In this document: positions 52,480 through 64,000 of the stretch, in pieces
How positions within the stretch are numbered: the stretch's first letter is position 1
Layout of the letters: each line of letters opens with the position of its first letter
Source of the DNA: the human T2T-CHM13v2.0 reference genome, Homo sapiens
Assembly: GCF_009914755.1 (NCBI RefSeq)
Contig: NC_060927.1
Length of the DNA: 64,000 nt
Reading direction: 5' to 3' (one strand)
Translations under genes and position numbers: made by a program
The notes under the pieces: model-generated
The model's input: only the letters and a program-made list of their open reading frames with translations
What the model was told of the DNA's origin: nothing
The model's database searches: none

Positions 52480-52836
52480 TGATATGGTTTGGCTATGTCC
52501 CCAAATCTCATCTTGAATTGTAACTCCACAATTCCCATGTTTCATGGGAGGAACCTGGTGGGAGGTGATTCAATTATGGGGGCAGGTCTTCACTGAGCCA
52601 TTCTTGTGATAGTGAATGAGTCTCATGAGATCTGATGGCTTTAAAAATGGGAGTTTTCCTGCACAAGCTCTCTCGTTGCCGGCTGTCATCTATGTAAGAT
52701 GTGTGACTTGCTCCTCCTTGTCTTTGCCATGATTGTGAGACCTCCCCAGCCATGTGGAACTGTACATCCATTAAATCTCTTTTTCTTCCCAGGCTCAGGT
52801 ATGTCTTTATCAACAGCATGGAAACAGACTAATACA
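52480..52836 (+). mobile_element. THE1 (C-like) solo LTR
   Basis: tgatatggtttggct...gactaataca with 5-bp TSD gcaat (52475-52479 / 52837-52841). Confidence 0.95.
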
Positions 52837-52974
52837 GCAATGTAGAGCTGACCATTTGAAAAGCAAGTTTATACTGTATAAACTTGACATGTCAATGTTA
52901 AGTGTCATGAAGTTTCCTGTAGATAGATGGGAGACAGGGGGATCCCAAAGGGGTGGAGAGCATAGTGTAAATAT

Positions 52975-53321
52975 CCAGGAGGAATATAGGATAAATGAAA
53001 AATATTTGCAATGAATGTGATATGTTTGGATTGAATATTCTTTATGGGGCCTGAAAATTAATAAGTAAATATTATTTCAATAGAAAAATGAGCAAGAACA
53101 TGATAAATTTTGTTGTGGATTAATCTCAAATTTATTATACCACATGAAAGAAATCACACTCAAATGGTTATATTCTGTGTGACTCCACTTATGTGACATT
53201 CTGGAACAGGTAAAATTATTACAACAGGGAACAGGTCAGTGGTTGCCAGGGGCTAGTTGGGGGAAGGCAATTTGCTGCAAAAGAGCATTTGTTTTTGGGA
53301 ATGACGAAAATGTTCTACATC
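52975..53321 (+). mobile_element. L1ME 3' fragment (host of the L1PA15/16-like element)
   Basis: tgactccacttatgtgacattctggaacaggtaaa...gtggttgccagggg...aatgttctacatctt. Confidence 0.7.
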
Positions 53322-54018
53322 TTTTTTTTTGTTTTACTTTTATTTTAAGTTCACAGCAGATTTATTACATAGGTAACAAAGGAGGGTTTGTTGTACAGAT
53401 TATTTTGTCACCCAGGTATTAAGCCTAGTACCTGTAAGTTGCGTTCCCTGATCCTCTGCCTTGTCCCCACCTTCACCCTCCAGTAGGTCCCGGGATCTGC
53501 CATTCCCCTCTATGTATCCATGTATTCTCATCATTTAGCTCCCACTTATAAGTGAGCACACTCAGTATTTGATTTTGTTTCTGTGTTAGTTTGCTAAGGA
53601 AAATGGCATCAGCTCCATCCACATTTCTGTCAAGGACATGATCTTGTTCTTATTTATGATTGCATAGTATTCCATGGTGTACATTGACCACATTTCTTTA
53701 TCCATATACCTTCATGGGCATTTAGGTTTATTCCATGTCTTTGCTGTTGTAAACAGTGCTACAATGCACAACAACTGAACTTATTTACACTCCCACCAAC
53801 AGTATATAAGTATTCCTTTTTCTTTGCAACCTAACGAGCATCTGTTATTTGTTTATTTTTATTATATAATAGCCATTCTGAGTGGTGTGAGATGGCGTCT
53901 CATTGTGGTTTTGATTTGCATTTTTCTAATCACCAGTGATGTTGGGCTTTTTTTTTTTCATATTCTCATTGGTCGCATGTATGTCTTTTGGAAAGTGTCC
54001 TTTGGACACTTTTCCAAA

Positions 54019-54376
54019 CCATGGATAATTATTCAGCCATAAAGAGTAATGAAATAATGGCATTTGCAACAACCTTAATGGAGCTGGACACCATTATTCT
54101 AAGTGAATTAACTCAGGAATGGAAAACAAAATATCATATGTTCTCACTTATAAGCGGGAGCTAAGCTATGAGGATGCAAAGGCATAAGAATGATATAATG
54201 GACTTCGGGGACTCAGGGTGAAAGGTGGGAGGGGAGTGAGGGATAAAAGACTACACATTGGGTACAGTGTACACTGCCCTGGTGATAGGTGCACCAAAAT
54301 CTCAGAAATCACCACTAAAGACCATTTCCATGCAACAAAACACCACCTTTTTCTCCAAAACTATTGTATTTTTTTT
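54019..54376 (+). mobile_element. L1PB 3' end (nested)
   Basis: gagctaagctatgaggatgcaaaggcataagaatgat...caccacctttttctccaaaactattg. Confidence 0.85.
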
Positions 54377-54404
54377 AAAGTATCCTTTTCAAAAGAAAAG
54401 GACA

Positions 54405-54941
54405 GAATCCTGCTACTGGGTATATACTCAAAGGAATACAAATTGTTCTATCATAAAGACACATGCACACATATGTTCACTGCAGCACTGTTAACAATAG
54501 CATAGACATGGAATCAACCTAAAGGCCTGTCAATGATAGACTGGATAAAGAAAATGTGGTACATATTCACCATGGAATACTATACAACCATAATAAGGAA
54601 TGAGATCATGTTCTTTGCATGAACATGTTTGGTTCTGGAGGCCAGTATCCTTAGCAAACTAACACTGGAACAGACAACCAAATACTACATGTTCTTGCTT
54701 GTATCTCACTTATATGTGGGAGCTAAATGATGAGAATACATGAACACATAGAGGGAAACAACAGATACTAGAGCCTACTGGAGGGCAAGGGAGGGAGGAG
54801 GGAGAAGATCCGGAAAAATAATGAGTACTAGGCTTAATACCTGGGTGACAAAATAATCTGTACAACAAACCCCCATGACACGAGTTTACCTATGTAACAA
54901 ACCTCCACCTGTACCCCTGAACTTAAAATAAAAGTTTACAA
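54405..54941 (+). mobile_element. L1PA13-16-like 3' end (nested)
   Basis: ctgtacaacaaacccccatgacacgagtttacctatgtaacaaacc...gaacttaaaataaaagtt. Confidence 0.85.
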
Positions 54942-57566
54942 AAAGTGTCTGTTCATGTCCTTTGCCCACTTTATGATGGGGTTGTCTTTTTCTTGTAAGT
55001 TTGTTTAAGTTCCTTATAGATGCTGGATATTAGATCTTTGTCAGATGCGTGGTTTGCAAAATTTCTCTCCCATTCTGAAGGTTGTCTGTTTACTCTGTTG
55101 ATAGTTTCTTTTGCTGTGTAGAAGCTCTTTAGTTTAATAAGATCCCACTTGTCACTTTTTGCTTTAGTTGCAATTGCTTTTGACATCTTCATCACAAAAC
55201 TTTGCCCGTGCCTATGTCCAGAATGGTACTCCGAGGTTTTCTTCCAGGGTTTTAAATAGCTTTGGGTATTACATTTAGGTCTTTAATTTATCTTTAGTTA
55301 ATTTTTGTATGTGGTATAAGGAAAGGGTCCAGTTTCAATATTCTGCATATGGTTAGCCAGTTATTCCAGCATATTTTACTGAGTAGGGAGTTCTTTTCCT
55401 ATTGCTTATTTTTGTCAACTTTGTAAAAAATCAGATAGTAGTAGGTATGCTGTCTTATTTCTGAACTCTCTATTCTGTTCATTTGACCTATGTGTCTCTT
55501 TTTTTATAAGTACCATACTGCTTTGGTTAGTGTAGACATGTAGTATAGTTTGAACCTGGGTAGTGTGATGCATCCAGTTTGCTCTTTTTGCTTAGGATTT
55601 CTTTGGCTATTAGGGCTCATTTTTGTTTATTTATGGATTTTACAATAGCTTTTTTTTTAGTTCTGTTAATAATGTCATTAATAGATTGATAAGAATAACA
55701 TTGAATCTATAAATTTCTTTGGATAATATGGCCAGTTTAACAATATTGATTCTTCTTATCCATGAGTATGGGATGCTTTTCCATTTGTTTGTATCATCTC
55801 TGATTTCTTTGAGGAGCATTTTGTAGTTCTCCTTTTAGAGATCTTTCACCTCCCTGGTTGGCAATATTCCTAGATATTTTATTCTTTTATTGGCAATTGT
55901 GAATTCGATTGTGTTCCTGATTTTGCTCTCAGTTTGACTGTTCTTGGTATCTAGGAATGATAGTAATTTTTGTACATTGATTTTGTATCCTGAGACTTTG
56001 CTTAAGTTGTTTATCAGTGTAAGGAGCTTCTGGGCCAAGACTATGAGGTTTTCTACATATAGTATTATGTCATTTGCAAACAGAGATAGTTTGACTTCCT
56101 CTCTTCCTATTTGGATGATCTTTATTTCTTTTTCTTGCCTGATTGCTCTTACCAGGACTTCTAATACTATGTTTAATAAAAGTAGTGACAGAGTGCATCC
56201 TTATCTTGTACTGGTTTTCAAGGGGGCATGCTTCCAGCTTTTGCTCATACATAATGTTGGCTGTGGATTTGTCATATATGGCTCTTATTATTTTAAGGTA
56301 TCTTCCTTCAATATATAGTTTATTGAAAGTTTTTAACATGAAGGGGTGTTGAATTTTGTCAAAAGCCTTTTCTGCATCTATGGAGATAATCATGTCAATT
56401 TTTTGTCGCCATTTCTGTTTATGTGATGAGTCACATTTATTGATTTGTGTATATTGAACAAACCTTGCATTCCAGGGATGAAGCCTACTTGATTGTGGTG
56501 GATGAGCTTTTTCATGTGCTGCTGGATTCACTTTACCCAGTATTTTGTTGAGGATTTTTGCATCGATGCTCATGAAGGTTATTGGCCTGAAGTTTTCTTT
56601 TTTTGTTTAATCTGTCAGGTTTTGGTATCAGGATGATGCTGGCCTCATAGAATGAGTTAGGGAGAAGTCCCTTTTCCTCAATTTTTTGGAATAGCTTAAG
56701 TAGGAGTGGTACAGCTCTTGTTTGTACATCTGGTAGAATTCAGTTGTGTATCCATTTGGGCCTGGGCTTTTTTTGCTTGATAGGCTGTTTATTACTGTTT
56801 CAATTTTTGAGCTCTTTATTGGTTTGTTCAGGGATTCAATTTCTTCCTGGCTCAGTCTTGGGAGGGTGTATGTGTCTAGGAATTTCTCAATTTCTTCTAG
56901 ATTTTCCAGTTTATGTATATAGAGGTGTTCACAATATTCTCTGATGCTTATTTTTATTTCTGTAGAGTCAGTGGTAATATCCTCTTTGTCATTTCTAATT
57001 GTGTTTATTTGGATCTTCTCCCTTTTCCTATTAGTCTAGCTAGTAGTCTAGTAGGTATTTCAAAAAAACCAACACCTGGATTCATTGATCTTTTGAATTT
57101 TTTTTTAATATCTCAATCTCTTTCAGTTCAGCTCTGATTTTCATTATTTCTTGTCCTCTTCTGGATTTGGGGTTGCTTTTCTCTTAGTTCTCTAGTTCTT
57201 CTAGTTATTTAGTTAGTTATTATTTAGTTATTTAGTTCTCTAGTTCTTTTAGATAGGTTGTTAAACTGACATCTTTCTAACTTTTTCATGTGGGCATTTG
57301 GTTTTATAAATTTCCCTCTTAACACTACCTTAGCTGTGGTCCCAGAAATTCTGGTATGTTGTATCTTTGTTCTCATTAGTTTCAAATAACTTGATTTCTG
57401 CCTTAAATTAATTATTTATCCAGGATCCATTCAGGAGCAGGTTATTCAATTTCCATGTAATTGTATGATTTTGAGCTAATTTCTTCGTCTTGATTTCTAA
57501 GTTGATTGTGCTCCAAGAGAGTATCACCAAACAAAATAAATGTTCAAAATATCTTCACAGTTAATA

Positions 57567-57769
57567 GTTTTATTGTTCTTATTGTTTTTGGTTGATGTAA
57601 AAATGGTGAATAAAGTAAAAATGTCTTTATTCTGGTATCTTTAACCACAAGTCCATTAGCTTGGAAGAATGCTGATATCTCTGCCAGTTGAAATACTTCT
57701 TATCACACTGACAGTACTTTCCAGCTACTGCCCTGGTTCCTTTTTTTCACTTCCAGATTACTTCAAGAA
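57567..57769. repeat. Inverted repeat, left arm (pairs with 59044-59251)
   Basis: Manual alignment to the reverse complement of the right arm gives ~10 substitutions plus one 5-nt indel over ~203 bp. Confidence 0.95.
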
Positions 57770-57879
57770 GTATTCAACATTTTTAGTTCATCTTCATTGA
57801 ACTTATCTTTTGAAACAAAATATTTACCCTAAAATCAATGTTAAATATCTGAAGTGTTATACTGTTGCAAGATTTAAAA

Positions 57880-58340
57880 ATGCAAACATGATCTATACTG
57901 TACTGTATGGTCTGGTTATTATCTATATCTCTAGTTATATTTCATACTACCTTTTCTTTTGTGTTAAATGTCAAACTATATATCCTTCTTTCACACTTTA
58001 AAGTTCCTTTTTACTTCTGGGACTTTGCACTTCCAATTTACTCTGCGTGAAATGCTTTTTCTCTCCTTGCTTCTCTACATTAAATACTAGCAAATTGACA
58101 CTTGCTCCTTGAGGCTTTTTTCTGATATATGATATCTTAAAACTACATGCCTCTTTTTAATAACACTATCATAATGCCAATATTAAAATATTTGTCAGTG
58201 TTTGATTAAGGTCTAGCTCTCTTACCAGACCAAAAACGGTATCTCTTTAGAGATTTCCTTATTGTATTCCTGCAAACTGGTATGCTTATTGGTTCACAGT
58301 GGACAGTCCAGACATATGTATTGAAAGAAAGAATGAATCT
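57880..58340. mobile_element. L2 remnant
   Basis: gggactttgcactt...tgaaatgctttt...attgtattcct...tattgaaagaaagaatgaat L2 3' pattern. Confidence 0.55.
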
Positions 58341-58702
58341 TTTTTTAAAAGCAGTATGTTGAAGAGTATTACGCTTACGTAGTAAAGAGACTGCTCAGTG
58401 GATCACAGACATTGTTACTCTTCTATATTAAAAAACTGCATTTTTTCAACCAGATACTATTTAAAAATTAATACAAAGATCATGACTATTATATTGTATT
58501 GTATTACTATTTGTAATAATTCAGAGTAGATTTTCTTAGTAATTGCTCTGATTTGAATCTATACACTTTTATGCACTTCTCCCCTCAAAATGTTATAAAT
58601 CTAAACTACTAAAAGAGAAATTGCTTAAATATTAAGACTAATGAGCAGTATCCGTTCCCTTCAGTTTAACCTGACCTGATATACCACAAAAAGACAGTGA
58701 AA

Positions 58703-59021
<319 letters not shown>

Positions 59022-59043
59022 TCATAATTTTAGCTGTTCATTG

Positions 59044-59251
59044 TTCTTGGAGTAATCTGGAAGTGAACAAAAGGAACTAGGCTAGGGCAGTAGCTGGAAA
59101 GTACTGTCAGTGTGATGAGAAGTATTTCAATTGGCAGAGATATCAGCATTCTTCCAAGCCAATGGACTTGTGGTTAAAGATACTGTAATAAAGACATTTT
59201 TACTTTATTCACCATTTTTACATCAACCAAAAACAATAAGAGCAATAAAAC
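59044..59251. repeat. Inverted repeat, right arm (pairs with 57567-57769)
   Basis: See left arm. Confidence 0.95.
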
Positions 59252-60354
59252 ATAAAGTAATTACAAGTAGAGAATAATTTTGTCTTTAACAAAAAAAATA
59301 CAGAAGTGATGTTTTGATATTCATTAATGTGCCTTTTATTATTGGAATTCTATTTACTCCCATCCTGTCTTTCTATATCAGGCAACAGTTATGTAGTCTA
59401 GGGATATTGACCCAAGCAGCAAAGTTTGGAACCAAGAACAAACGAGAGAACTTTTCAAGTTCTTGATTTCGAGCTCAAAAATAGTCTTCTGAAGCTCATA
59501 GCATAGACAACCATTTGATTTCCCAAAGTTGATTCTTTTTGAGTTACAAAATTTTTGAAATATGCAGGCTAGAACATCAATAGATGAAATATAGATTTGA
59601 GAATAATGAATATTGAGATAGGCACAAGTTTTCCCACCATGAACTGGATAAAGATCCCATGAGGAGAAAAAAAGAGGCTTAGTGACATGGACTCAGGGCA
59701 GAAATTAGTTCCAGGGAGAAAGCATGAAGAAGGAAGTCCCCAGATACACTGAGTAAATTTGAGAGGAGGTACTGCTTTAATGAAGCAGTTTCCTTTAGAA
59801 AGATGATGGAATATTGATGGCTTCAGATTCTCAGATGTTCCCCTACATCAAAGGAGGCTGGTAATAGGATAAATCACACATACAGGAGCTTCTGGTGGCA
59901 TACAGGAGAGGCATCCCACTGAGTCACATGTCACCAGCATATTATGAGAAAGCAGCCACATTTTCTCCTGCCCTGAGAAAGGCAAAGAAGGTTGAAGAGA
60001 AACTACCAGAGATCGTGAAGGTGAAAACTGTTCCAAAATTGGCTTGGTATTCAGGCTCCAGAAAATTTCCATATGGTGCCATGACGAAGGCTGACAATGA
60101 GACATTTCAGATGACACATTCAATGCACTGATGGGATTGCTCACCTCAACAGACACCAGAGTGAACAGATAATCATGTGGTTTTGTCTTTCACAGTTTTG
60201 GGGAGATACATAAGCCAGGAGGAATTTAAATGTCACTCTAGGGAGAAGAAGAAGATTAGTGAAAAATGTTGGGTGAAACTTGAAATGATGAATACACTTG
60301 AAAGTAACTAGATTAATTGTAAGGCTGAATTTGGACTTAAAATATAAGTTGTTA

Positions 60355-64000
<3,646 letters not shown>

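Larger units (their letters stand above)
53322..57520 (-). mobile_element. L1PA15/16-like, 5'-truncated, split at 53999/54942 by nested L1s
   Basis: Antisense 3' UTR (ttgtacagattattttgtcacccaggta) and ORF2. The sequence resumes at aaagtgtctgttcatgtcc (54942). Confidence 0.9.

Overview
Primate, almost certainly human, genomic DNA. The evidence for human is an intact AluYa5 at 33567-33870. The window is AT-rich, very LINE-1-dense and has no intact protein-coding gene. Nearly all ORFs in the supplied track are L1, Alu or ERV fragments, or chance ORFs. Contents: a full-length L1MA2-like element nested in an L1MB, a full-length L1PA6-like element with a 16-bp TSD, and three twin-primed (5'-inverted) L1PA insertions. 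There is also a nested L1PA15/16-like cluster hit twice at one site, eight Alu-family elements, MaLR/THE1/ERVL LTR material, Tigger3, MER58, MIR and L2. The best hidden signal is in the unique sequence between repeats: several + strand exon-sized blocks, most bounded by splice-like signals. They read, across frameshifts and stops, as a C1-like Ig domain, two V-set Ig domains and a transmembrane segment. This suggests a heavily decayed, unprocessed immunoglobulin-superfamily receptor/ligand pseudogene (inference; needs a homology search). Other notable structures are a ~200-bp, ~94% identical inverted duplication bracketing 1.27 kb and several fold-back or templated-insertion scars. Repeat subfamily calls are from recalled consensus features, not from running RepeatMasker.
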